Shown piece after piece: positions 1 through 7,732 of a stretch of 32,000 nt of DNA (positions within the stretch are counted from its first letter, which is position 1; every line of letters starts with the position of its first letter). A model generated the notes under the pieces. It did no database searches. It was not told where the DNA came from and worked only from the letters and a program-made list of their open reading frames with translations. The translations under genes and the position numbers were made by a program. Source of the DNA: Candidatus Methylomirabilis oxygeniifera (GTDB lineage Bacteria > Methylomirabilota > Methylomirabilia > Methylomirabilales > Methylomirabilaceae); the NCBI GenBank assembly GCA_000091165.1, contig FP565575.1:2130001-2162000 (forward strand), written 5' to 3'.

Positions 1-47
1 TCGTGGACGACGAAACGCCGGACGTTCTTGGTAGCCGGCTTCAACAT
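1..47 (-). CDS. hypothetical protein, first 15 codons only (continues past window start)
   Basis: ATG at 47..45 reads MLKPATKNVRRFVVH to the edge. It lies 35 nt downstream of the stop of ORF 83..370 on the same strand. Too short to assign. Confidence 0.3.
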   Translation of the reverse strand, partial: MLKPATKNVRRFVVH

Positions 48-82
48 CTTTCCAGTTCCTTACGGTGGATGGATACGCCGGA

Positions 83-370
83 TTATGTCATACCTGAAGC
101 GGCATGCGTAAATGCTACGTGACAACCGGAATCGCTTGCCGCAACCAGGTCTGCGTAGTAGAGTACGGAAGCGAAAGCGAAACTGATGGCGAAGTCTGAC
201 ATGGGCAGGTGACAGTCTTCAGGAATGATCTCGTGTTGGTCGCTTCGTAACACCCCAGCCAACAGAATACCCAGATCGGCCGGCTGACCGAGGCGATGTT
301 TCAGCGCATGTTTGACGTGGCAAGGCGCTATCCGGGTAGAGACTTGGGTGAACAGACGGGATAACGACAC
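83..370 (-). CDS. hypothetical small protein (95 aa as drawn; start uncertain, internal ATG at 202)
   Basis: Open frame from the ORF track with no motif I recognise. It may form a two-gene unit with the partial ORF at 1..47. The 5' end would abut or overlap the divergent HAD gene. Confidence 0.3.
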   Translation of the reverse strand: MSLSRLFTQVSTRIAPCHVKHALKHRLGQPADLGILLAGVLRSDQHEIIPEDCHLPMSDFAISFAFASVLYYADLVAASDSGCHVAFTHAASGMT

Positions 371-377
371 AGCGGAG

Positions 378-1085
378 ATGGTCGGAACCGAATCCGGCTC
401 GCAGCGAGGAATCCTGTTGGATTTCGATCATACGCTCTTTGATACCGATCGCTTCTTCTGGGTCGATCTGAAGGCCGCCTTCGGTCAATTCGGCGTCTCC
501 GATGACGCCTGGGAGAAGAGCTATGCGACGATCTGGCCATCCGGGTATTCGCTGGCAAAGCATGTGGAGGAACTCGGCAGGCTGGGCGCTATCGCATCCG
601 CCTCCGTGGCCTCTGCAATGCACGCGACCCTCGAACGTACCTTTTCCAACCTGCGTCCGTACCTGTTCCCGGATGTTGTCGAGTTTCTGAATGCGGCGCG
701 TTATCGAGCGTTCGATCTGATCTTACTCTCCTTTGGCGACCCGGCTTGGCAAACCTATAAGGTGCAAGCCGCCGGGCTGATCCCCTACTTCACACAAATC
801 ATCTATACACCCCACGAAAAAGGGAAGGCAGGGATGCTCGCTACGCTCGCTCCGGCGTATTTGGAACTTCGTGCGATCGACAATAACCCGACCGACCTTG
901 ATGCCATGAAGACGTCGACCCCTCGTCTGCAGACTTATCTGATCTGTCGCGTAGACCCATCCGCAATAGAGAAAGCTGATCCATCGCTTCGGGAACGCTT
1001 CCGCGAGGCCGCCAGGTATCCAACCATCCCCTCCCGCTTGCCGCACCGGCAATGCCGGAGCCTGAATGAGGTGTCGCTTTCATGA
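378..1085 (+). CDS. HAD-superfamily hydrolase/phosphatase
   Basis: ORF 312..1085 carries HAD motif I, LLDFDHTLFDTD (DxDxT). ATG 378 places this motif at residue 15, as is usual for HADs; TTG 312 is the longest alternative. The stop overlaps the next start (ATGA at 1082..1085). Confidence 0.7.
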   Translation: MVGTESGSQRGILLDFDHTLFDTDRFFWVDLKAAFGQFGVSDDAWEKSYATIWPSGYSLAKHVEELGRLGAIASASVASAMHATLERTFSNLRPYLFPDVVEFLNAARYRAFDLILLSFGDPAWQTYKVQAAGLIPYFTQIIYTPHEKGKAGMLATLAPAYLELRAIDNNPTDLDAMKTSTPRLQTYLICRVDPSAIEKADPSLRERFREAARYPTIPSRLPHRQCRSLNEVSLS

Positions 1086-2104
1086 CCGAACTGATCGTCG
1101 CTACGGCGCCTACACGCATCGACTTTGCCGGTGGGACGCTCGATATCCCACCGCTTCACCTCTTCCACCAACCGGCGATCACCGTGAATGTCGCGATCGA
1201 TCTTGTCGCCCAGGTGACTATGACGAGGCGGCCGGGACGCGCAATCAGACTGACGGCAGCCGATCAACGGCGGCAACTGACCTGGTCATCGCGCGACAAG
1301 ATCGCCTGGACGCGCCAGCCGTTTCTGGAGATGCTGGCCAGGCTGGTCCGGTCACTCGCACCCGATACCGGTCTGGAAATCCGAACCGACTGCCAGGCGC
1401 CGGCCGGCGCGGGGACCGGCGGCTCTTCGGCGCTGGCGGTCGCAACGGCAGCGGCCCTGTCGGCGGCCGCAGGCCGGCCGCTCAACCGTAACACGCTGAT
1501 TGAGCACGCAAAGGCGATCGAGACCCAGGCCATTCGTGTCCCCACTGGCTATCAGGATTACTACGCCGCCGCCTATGGCGGCGCCAGCAGCATCGAATTC
1601 GGACTCACCGGTATTCGCCGCACCGCCATCGCAAAGAAGCCGTTTCTGGCGCAGCTTGAGCGGCATCTCCTGCTGCTCTACCTCGGCAAGCCTCGCTTCT
1701 CAGGCGCCAACAACTGGGACCTGTTTAAGCGCCACATAGAAGGAGATCGGAAGACTTTCGCCTTCTTCGATGCCTTACAAGACAACGCCCTCGCGATGCG
1801 GAATGCCTTCCTCCAAGAGGACCTGGCCGGTATTGCTCGTCTCCTGAACCGTGATTGGGAGACCAGGCGACGGGCGCTCCCTACCATGAGCAGCCCCACC
1901 ATCGACAGACTGATTCATTCCATGAAGCGGGCAGGTGCCTTCGGGGCCAGGGTCTGCGGTGCGGGCGGCGGAGGCTGCCTCGCTCTCATTATCCGGCCTC
2001 AAGCCAGGACGACACTCATCGCCATGGCCGAGGCCGCAGGCGCCAAAGGTCTGCCTTCCGTCATCAATACGCGAGGTCTGGTGGTGCATCGCAGCCAGAT
2101 ATAA
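1082..2104 (+). CDS. GHMP-family sugar kinase (HddA/fucokinase-like)
   Basis: 340 aa. The N-terminus has APTRIDFAGGTLDIPP and the GHMP ATP-binding motif PAGAGTGGSSALAVA is present. Translationally coupled to the HAD gene. Confidence 0.85.
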   Translation: MTELIVATAPTRIDFAGGTLDIPPLHLFHQPAITVNVAIDLVAQVTMTRRPGRAIRLTAADQRRQLTWSSRDKIAWTRQPFLEMLARLVRSLAPDTGLEIRTDCQAPAGAGTGGSSALAVATAAALSAAAGRPLNRNTLIEHAKAIETQAIRVPTGYQDYYAAAYGGASSIEFGLTGIRRTAIAKKPFLAQLERHLLLLYLGKPRFSGANNWDLFKRHIEGDRKTFAFFDALQDNALAMRNAFLQEDLAGIARLLNRDWETRRRALPTMSSPTIDRLIHSMKRAGAFGARVCGAGGGGCLALIIRPQARTTLIAMAEAAGAKGLPSVINTRGLVVHRSQI

Positions 2105-2347
2105 CTGCCTGATCGCCCGACCGTCACCTCCACCTTTACATTTTTTTCTTGCGTTACTCCAAAACCTTCGATACGGTAAAAGTACACAAGAAAGGAGGTG
2201 ATCCAGTGGGCTTACCGTTAACCATCTGGACATGTGAGGTGATTGTAACGTAGGCGTGTCCTCCTCACCGGATCGACTGCCTATGGATTTCGCCTGCGGA
2301 ATCCCAGCAGTCACCGAGCCCTGAAGCCTTGGTCTTGTCCAACCAGG

Positions 2348-2387
2348 CCCCGCAATGCTGTCGCGGGGAAGCGCTTCGGGGTTTTTT
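2348..2387. terminator. GC-rich hairpin plus T6/A6 run; putative bidirectional terminator between the kinase unit and the gsp cluster
   Basis: CCCCGC (2348-2353) pairs with GCGGGG (2363-2368) around a 9-nt loop. It is followed by AAGCGCTTCGGGG and TTTTTT (2382-2387). On the minus strand the A-run and hairpin directly follow the stop of ORF 2386..2781. Confidence 0.4.
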
Positions 2388-2781
2388 ATCTTATATCTAT
2401 ATCGAAACTCTCCTTCAGGCGCCGCATTGGTCCTTTCATCCAGCCGCTGCAACTACCCTTCTCCTCGCGGGCCCAGGTCTCGGTAAAGACATCGTACTCC
2501 ACCCAGTATATTCGGTTTTCGTAGAAATGGACCCGCAGGATCTCCACATGGCCCGGCTTTGCGCCCGGGGCCCACCGACCCCAGACCTCCTGCTTGAGGT
2601 CCATCGGTCCCTGCGAAGCAACGAGCTTTGATACCTGCTCCCGGGTCATGCCCGGTATGAGCGTCTGAAATGCTTGACGAGTTGGCGTAACTGCTGTCGG
2701 CACTGGCGCTTGCTGCGCGAAAGCCGGAACTGCAACGCTCAACATCACTGCCAGCAATAGCACGCTGGCTGCTCGGATCAT
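2386..2781 (-). CDS. secreted small protein with a BamE/SmpA-OmlA-like motif
   Basis: 131 aa. Sec signal MIRAASVLLLAVMLSVAVPAFA|QQ with no lipobox Cys. It contains LIPGMTREQVSKLVASQGP, which resembles the GMTxxQV..LG.P signature of SmpA/OmlA (BamE) domains. It is the last gene downstream of gspD on the same strand. Confidence 0.6.
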   Translation of the reverse strand: MIRAASVLLLAVMLSVAVPAFAQQAPVPTAVTPTRQAFQTLIPGMTREQVSKLVASQGPMDLKQEVWGRWAPGAKPGHVEILRVHFYENRIYWVEYDVFTETWAREEKGSCSGWMKGPMRRLKESFDIDIR

Positions 2782-2845
2782 GATAGCCTCCTTCCGCCTA
2801 AGTACGGTATTTGGTCAACACAATCTTCGATCTAAGATCCCTGAC

Positions 2846-5044
2846 CTACCATCCAAGACCATCTTTCCCCTTATCATCCAGCTTCGGCGCAAGTCCTGAT
2901 GGGGAGGTCGGCGACGATTGCATCAGCCGCTCCAGCGTTTCAACACGCTCCCTGAACCGCTTCGTGAGTGCCTGACCCTCCTCCGGCGAGGCAATGACGT
3001 GCGGCGTGATCAGGATAACCAGCTCAGTCCGAATCAGATCCTCGGATGTGTTCCGGAAGAGATAGCCAAGCAGCGGGATCGTGCTGAGAAACGGGATGCC
3101 GCTATAGCCTTTCGACTTGTCGGTTCGGATGATCCCACCGATCACCAGTGACTGACTGTCCTGAACAACGAGGGCCGTCTTAGTAGTCGTCTTGTTGAAA
3201 GAGGCACCGCCCTGAAGAGCATCCGGAACCTCGCCAGCAACACTCGTATTTTCTGTCTCAATGTCCAGGGTGACCAATCGTTTCTCATTGACGTGTGGTT
3301 TGATCTTCAGGATAATCCCAATGTCCTTGCGCTGAAATGTGCTGAAAACATTGGCGACATCGCTGGTCCCTACACTCTGTGTTCCGGTCGGAATCGGCAC
3401 CTCCTGGCCGATTTGAATGTTGGCCTCCTTGTTATTGGCGGTCAACAGGTGGGGGTTGGCTAACACCTCCACCTTGGTCACAGATGCCAGGTTGTTCAAC
3501 ACCAGGCGGAACTGTTCCTTGTCCACGAAGGTCGTAAATGTAAATCCGGAGGGCGGCGCTACTCCACTCGGGTTCTTGAAGGCAGCAATCGCTGCGGCCG
3601 CGGGACCGCCGTGGACACTCGACAGCATGATTGTCCCAGACCTCAACACCTGCTCAAGACTGAAATCGAAAGCATCGCTCAACGTGATCTGCGCCAGCAT
3701 CAGCTCGATCAAGACCTGTTTCGGGACGATATCGAGCTGCTTGATCGTGGCCTCGACGATTTCGTAGTTGCGCGGCGAGGTCTTGATGATCAACGCATTG
3801 GTTGCCTCGTCTGTAACGATGGTCACCTCGCCTACGACTTCTCCAGGCGCTGCCTCGGCACCGGTCGGCGGCACGGGGGCGGCGGGCGGCGGACCCGGGG
3901 CCGGCGGGGGTGGAGCAGTGGTTGTCGACGGTCCGCTCACGCCGGGTCTTGCGGGAGTCTGGCCCGGTCGAGTGCCAGGCGCTGCGCCCCGCACGAGATC
4001 TCGGCGACCGTACAGCGTATTCAGAGTATTTGCCAGGTCGGCAGCCTTCGCGTTCTCGACAAAGTAGACAAAGATCCGCTGGATATTATCGCGTTTGGTC
4101 GGGACATCGAGCGCCTTGATCGTTTCGAGTATCCGTTTGAGCGTAGAGTTGAAGCCGGCGATGATCAGGGAGTTGGTCTCCTTGTGGACGATCATCCTGG
4201 CGCCTTTACCTATCAACGACTGGACAATCTTTGAGGTCTCGTCGGCGGACAGATAGTCGAGCTGGACGACTTGGGTGGAATACCGCTCACGTTCCTCAAT
4301 GCGCTCTTTCCCTACCTGCACATCCTGCGGTTCCTGCTGGGCGACGGCGATCGGAACAATCTTGTAGTAGGAACCCTCCTTCACCGCCGCCAGGTTATTG
4401 ACTTCCAGTACAGACTCCATGATAGACAGAACTTCGCTGGACGGCACTCGAGTTGTCGTCCGCATCGTCACATTCGCCTTAACGCCGGGACCGATAATAA
4501 AATTGATCCGAGTAATGTCGGCGATGGATCGGAGGACCAACTCTAAATCGGCGTTGTCGAAGTTCAATGAGACGTACTGCGGCGCTTCAGGCTGTGGCGG
4601 CACTCCTCTCCCAGCCACACCAGGGCGCGCTCCTAATCCCGCCGAAGGGACAGGCGCGCCTTCCATCATTCCGGCCGATGGTACGGGAACAGGTTGAATC
4701 CCTATTTCCTTGGAGGGAGCGCCGCCTTCGGCCTCTTCGCTCTCTTCGGCGTCTTCTCCGCCGCCTTCGGCCTCTTCGCTCTCTTCGGCGTCTTCTCCGC
4801 CGCCTTCGGCCTCTTCCGCTTCCAGCTTCGACTCAACCTTTTCCGAACGCGCAGGCAGTGCGGCGACGACCGGAGCAGCAGGTGGAGGCGTTGGCGCTAT
4901 GGTCTCAGCCTTCAAAGGCGCCAGTTCCGCTTCAGCCCCGGAACGTCCAAACGTCTGCAGGGCGGTACAAGCGGGAAGGAATACCGCGACCGTTAAAACT
5001 ATAAGAAGAGCTCTTCGGGTAACCAATACTCTCTCCTTCCTCAT
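2846..5044 (-). CDS. gspD: type II secretion system secretin GspD (possible lipoprotein secretin)
   Basis: 732 aa. The secretin C-domain is recognisable (VLANPHLLTANNKEANIQIGQEVP ... GIPFLSTIPLLGYLFR), with N0-N3-like domains upstream. The N-terminus VAVFLPAC is lipobox-like. An alternative TTG start at 5026 has a better RBS (AAGGAG). Confidence 0.95.
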   Translation of the reverse strand: MRKERVLVTRRALLIVLTVAVFLPACTALQTFGRSGAEAELAPLKAETIAPTPPPAAPVVAALPARSEKVESKLEAEEAEGGGEDAEESEEAEGGGEDAEESEEAEGGAPSKEIGIQPVPVPSAGMMEGAPVPSAGLGARPGVAGRGVPPQPEAPQYVSLNFDNADLELVLRSIADITRINFIIGPGVKANVTMRTTTRVPSSEVLSIMESVLEVNNLAAVKEGSYYKIVPIAVAQQEPQDVQVGKERIEERERYSTQVVQLDYLSADETSKIVQSLIGKGARMIVHKETNSLIIAGFNSTLKRILETIKALDVPTKRDNIQRIFVYFVENAKAADLANTLNTLYGRRDLVRGAAPGTRPGQTPARPGVSGPSTTTAPPPPAPGPPPAAPVPPTGAEAAPGEVVGEVTIVTDEATNALIIKTSPRNYEIVEATIKQLDIVPKQVLIELMLAQITLSDAFDFSLEQVLRSGTIMLSSVHGGPAAAAIAAFKNPSGVAPPSGFTFTTFVDKEQFRLVLNNLASVTKVEVLANPHLLTANNKEANIQIGQEVPIPTGTQSVGTSDVANVFSTFQRKDIGIILKIKPHVNEKRLVTLDIETENTSVAGEVPDALQGGASFNKTTTKTALVVQDSQSLVIGGIIRTDKSKGYSGIPFLSTIPLLGYLFRNTSEDLIRTELVILITPHVIASPEEGQALTKRFRERVETLERLMQSSPTSPSGLAPKLDDKGKDGLGW
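4721..4816. repeat. 39-bp tandem repeat, about 2.5 copies, inside gspD
   Basis: Units 4721-4759 and 4760-4798 are identical, with a partial third unit to 4816. On the coding strand they encode EAEGGGEDAEESE x2.5, an acidic linker after the signal peptide. Confidence 0.95.
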
Positions 5045-5083
5045 ATTTGGCAGTTCAGCCCTGAGTCTCCACTACCATCTCCA

Positions 5084-5719
5084 TTACTGCTCCCCCTTCG
5101 TTGCTCGCTCCGCCGCTCTTCGCTGACGCATCTCCAGCCGCTCCTGCCTGCGTCTCTCAATCTCTCCGCTGTCGGGAGCCCCGGACTGAACGGCGACAGG
5201 CGCTGGCACATTGGCGGGAGTCGCGGCAGCAGACTCAATGGCCGCCTTTAGGGTAATCTCACGTACCGTCTCGCCGCGCTTGAAGATAACTCGATCCTCC
5301 TTAATTTCGGTAACGATCCCACCTGCCACCTCTTGACCTGTTGTATAGATATTCGCTTTTCCTTTATCGCTCAGGATGGCTCGACGCTCGTGGTCGACCA
5401 GAATGGTGCCGACTAGTGTCGGGAGAGGCGGCGGCGGCGGCGGAGCGCTGGACGGTTGTACCGGCATAGGCGGAGGCTGTTTGAATGGGTTCCTCTCTAA
5501 AAGAATATCGAACTGCGCCAACGGTGGGCGAGCGGTCGAGTTATAGGCGACAGCTTCTGCCTCTTGCAACGACCGTTTGGCAACCGGGCTTTGAATCGGG
5601 ACATCAGGAGCAACCCACGTCTTCGCGAGAGCCGCCGTGATCAGCACCGCAATGAGACCTAAAAGGAGGTTCAGTAGTCTAAGGGGGTTACGCACCGGCG
5701 CTTTTTTCCTCCAGTCCAA
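5084..5719 (-). CDS. GspC/PilP-like inner-membrane secretin-coupling protein
   Basis: 211 aa. It has one N-terminal TM helix (LLNLLLGLIAVLITAAL), a Pro-rich linker and a beta-rich domain (LVGTILVDHERRAILSDKGKANIYTTGQEVAGGIVTEIKEDRVIFKRG) typical of GspC-HR/PilP. It sits between gspM and gspD. The start (TTG 5719 or GTG 5695) is uncertain. Confidence 0.6.
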   Translation of the reverse strand: MDWRKKAPVRNPLRLLNLLLGLIAVLITAALAKTWVAPDVPIQSPVAKRSLQEAEAVAYNSTARPPLAQFDILLERNPFKQPPPMPVQPSSAPPPPPPLPTLVGTILVDHERRAILSDKGKANIYTTGQEVAGGIVTEIKEDRVIFKRGETVREITLKAAIESAAATPANVPAPVAVQSGAPDSGEIERRRQERLEMRQRRAAERATKGEQ

Positions 5720-6260
5720 GGGTATAGCCGCTAACTACAACGGTTACCTGCAACTCGGCGCCAATCCTTGGAAAAGAGGCGTTGACCTGGAGCTTGGGAA
5801 CGGTAAGCAGCTTTGAAGCACTCTCGATCTTGTACAGGAAATCACGGAGTTTCTTCAAGTCGGCGTTCAGAGAAAGTTCCACAGCGACCCGCGTAAATCC
5901 CTCCGCCTTGCTTGGCGCATGGATACTCTCGCTAACGATGGTCACTCCGCTCTCTCCGGCCATTTTGTGCAACATGGTCTGAAGATCGGCCGCTGCTAGC
6001 GTCAACTTCTCTCCTGGCAACAGTCGTTGTTGCAGTTGCTTGTACAACCCTTCCGTCTCGGCGAATTTCTTCTCGTATCGTCTCTTCCCATCCACTACCA
6101 GTTGGAAGCGTTCAAAAGCCTGAAGCTTTTCCTGATAGTCGTTTCGAACCGCCACCTGGTTTGAGATGGCTGGGATGATAGCGTAACTAATGATAAGGAA
6201 AGCAACTAAGGCGGCTCCACCACCCACGAGAAACCGACGCTCTCGAGAAGAGAAGGTCAC
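5688..6260 (-). CDS. gspM: type II secretion system protein GspM (PilO-like)
   Basis: 190 aa bitopic protein with an N-terminal TM helix, a coiled coil and a ferredoxin-like C-domain. GTG start overlaps the gspL stop (GTGA). Confidence 0.65.
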   Translation of the reverse strand: MTFSSRERRFLVGGGAALVAFLIISYAIIPAISNQVAVRNDYQEKLQAFERFQLVVDGKRRYEKKFAETEGLYKQLQQRLLPGEKLTLAAADLQTMLHKMAGESGVTIVSESIHAPSKAEGFTRVAVELSLNADLKKLRDFLYKIESASKLLTVPKLQVNASFPRIGAELQVTVVVSGYTLGLEEKSAGA

Positions 6261-7732
6261 GGCCGCTTCTCCTTCGCTCCGGCTCCTCGATTGCGCTCAG
6301 AGCTCGGTACAGATCTGGTCTCAAGGAGCGCCTTCAGTTGAAACTCTTGCCCCTCGGCGCCTCGCTGGGCCACCGGCGAGGTAAATTGGGCGTTTTCGAA
6401 GAGGGGAGACTGCTCCAGAATCGAGATCAAATCCGAGGCGGAACCGGGGATTGTGCCGCCGATCCGGGCTTCCCGTTTCTCGACTGAGAAGAGTGTCAGC
6501 ACCACTCCTTTCGGCAAGATTTGAACCAGTTCGCGCAACACGTCCAGCTTTCTGGTCTCATCCTGATCAATAGTCTGCAAGGTAGCGATCTGGTTTGCAA
6601 GCGTACCGACCTCACCCTTGAGCTGTTCCACCTTGGCCGCCTCAGTCTGTACGCGATGAAGTCTGGCGGTAAGATCGGCGAGATCTCGGCGCTCTCGAAT
6701 CGCACCATTCACCAGAAACACTAACCCCAGGGCGATAATAAGGGCCAAGAGCCGGAAGGTCATAGCGCGGTTCGGGTCTCGGCGAGGGGGAGCCAACTCT
6801 TTGGGGAGCAGATCGATATCGATCGGGAGCGGGACAAGTCCGTGCAGTCCAAGTCCGACGGCCGCCCCAAGGGAATGGACTGTCTGCGGATCTACGTTGT
6901 TGGCCTTAATCCGTCGGAAGGGGTGGAGGAACTCTACCTCAAGACCGGTCTGTTCAGCCAGGTGATGCAGCAGGTCTCCCTTGCCTGCACCCGTCCCAGA
7001 GAGAGAAATTCGTCCTGCACGCTCTCCGCCATCCACTTCAAGCTGGCCGACCAGTGCGGAAAGCTCCGAGACAAGCCGATCAAGCGGCGCAGCCTGACCA
7101 ATAGCAAAGTATTTAGTATATCGCAGGATCCCCTTGTTGGCCAGACCCAACTCCACCTCGCCGTTCCGAAGATCAATGACGGCCCTCAGGGATTCCGCGC
7201 CTCGCTCCTGGTTATAGAGGAGGGCGTTGAGTGACGCGAACGTCGAGACGCCAAGAGCGGTTGGCGTGATCCCCGCCTCCTGCAGTAGAGCGACGTGTCG
7301 ACCGATCTCCTCTTTTCTCGTTGCGGCCAACAGGACAGTAGCCTGTTCGGCATCGTGTGTCAGTACCTGAAAGTCGTACTGCGCCTCCTCAAGGGGGAAC
7401 GGAACATGTCGTTCAATCTCATAGTCCACGATCCCCTTCATTTCCTCTTTACCCACCGCCGGCATGCTGACCGAGCGCATAGTAACGAGACGCCGCGGCA
7501 GGCCGAGCGTTATGGAGGTGGGACGCTTGGGTAACCGAGTCACGAGGCCGGCCAGCCTCTCTTTAAGCACTCCCAGCCTGTCCTTCTCTTCAGCCGGTAA
7601 CGTCTCGATACCCCAATCGAGGAGCTGAATTCGCCCAAACGCCTTACTCAATAAGGCGTGACACAGTAGCCCACCCCGAATGTCGATACCCAAGCCGACT
7701 TTCGGTCTCGGGATCAGCTCATCGAGCTTCAT
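6257..7732 (-). CDS. gspL: type II secretion system protein GspL (PilM-like cytoplasmic domain + TM + PilN-like domain)
   Basis: 491 aa. An actin-like N-domain is followed by the TM helix FRLLALIIALGLVFLV and a periplasmic coiled-coil domain. The ATG overlaps the gspK stop (ATGA). Confidence 0.8.
   Translation of the reverse strand: MKLDELIPRPKVGLGIDIRGGLLCHALLSKAFGRIQLLDWGIETLPAEEKDRLGVLKERLAGLVTRLPKRPTSITLGLPRRLVTMRSVSMPAVGKEEMKGIVDYEIERHVPFPLEEAQYDFQVLTHDAEQATVLLAATRKEEIGRHVALLQEAGITPTALGVSTFASLNALLYNQERGAESLRAVIDLRNGEVELGLANKGILRYTKYFAIGQAAPLDRLVSELSALVGQLEVDGGERAGRISLSGTGAGKGDLLHHLAEQTGLEVEFLHPFRRIKANNVDPQTVHSLGAAVGLGLHGLVPLPIDIDLLPKELAPPRRDPNRAMTFRLLALIIALGLVFLVNGAIRERRDLADLTARLHRVQTEAAKVEQLKGEVGTLANQIATLQTIDQDETRKLDVLRELVQILPKGVVLTLFSVEKREARIGGTIPGSASDLISILEQSPLFENAQFTSPVAQRGAEGQEFQLKALLETRSVPSSERNRGAGAKEKRP

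Noticed and set aside
2191-2207. AAAGGAGGTGATCCAG resembles the reverse complement of the 16S rRNA 3' end
   Set aside because: It is only a 13-14-nt match with no flanking rRNA-like sequence. It is better read as an unusually strong Shine-Dalgarno element (see the finding for 2105-2387).
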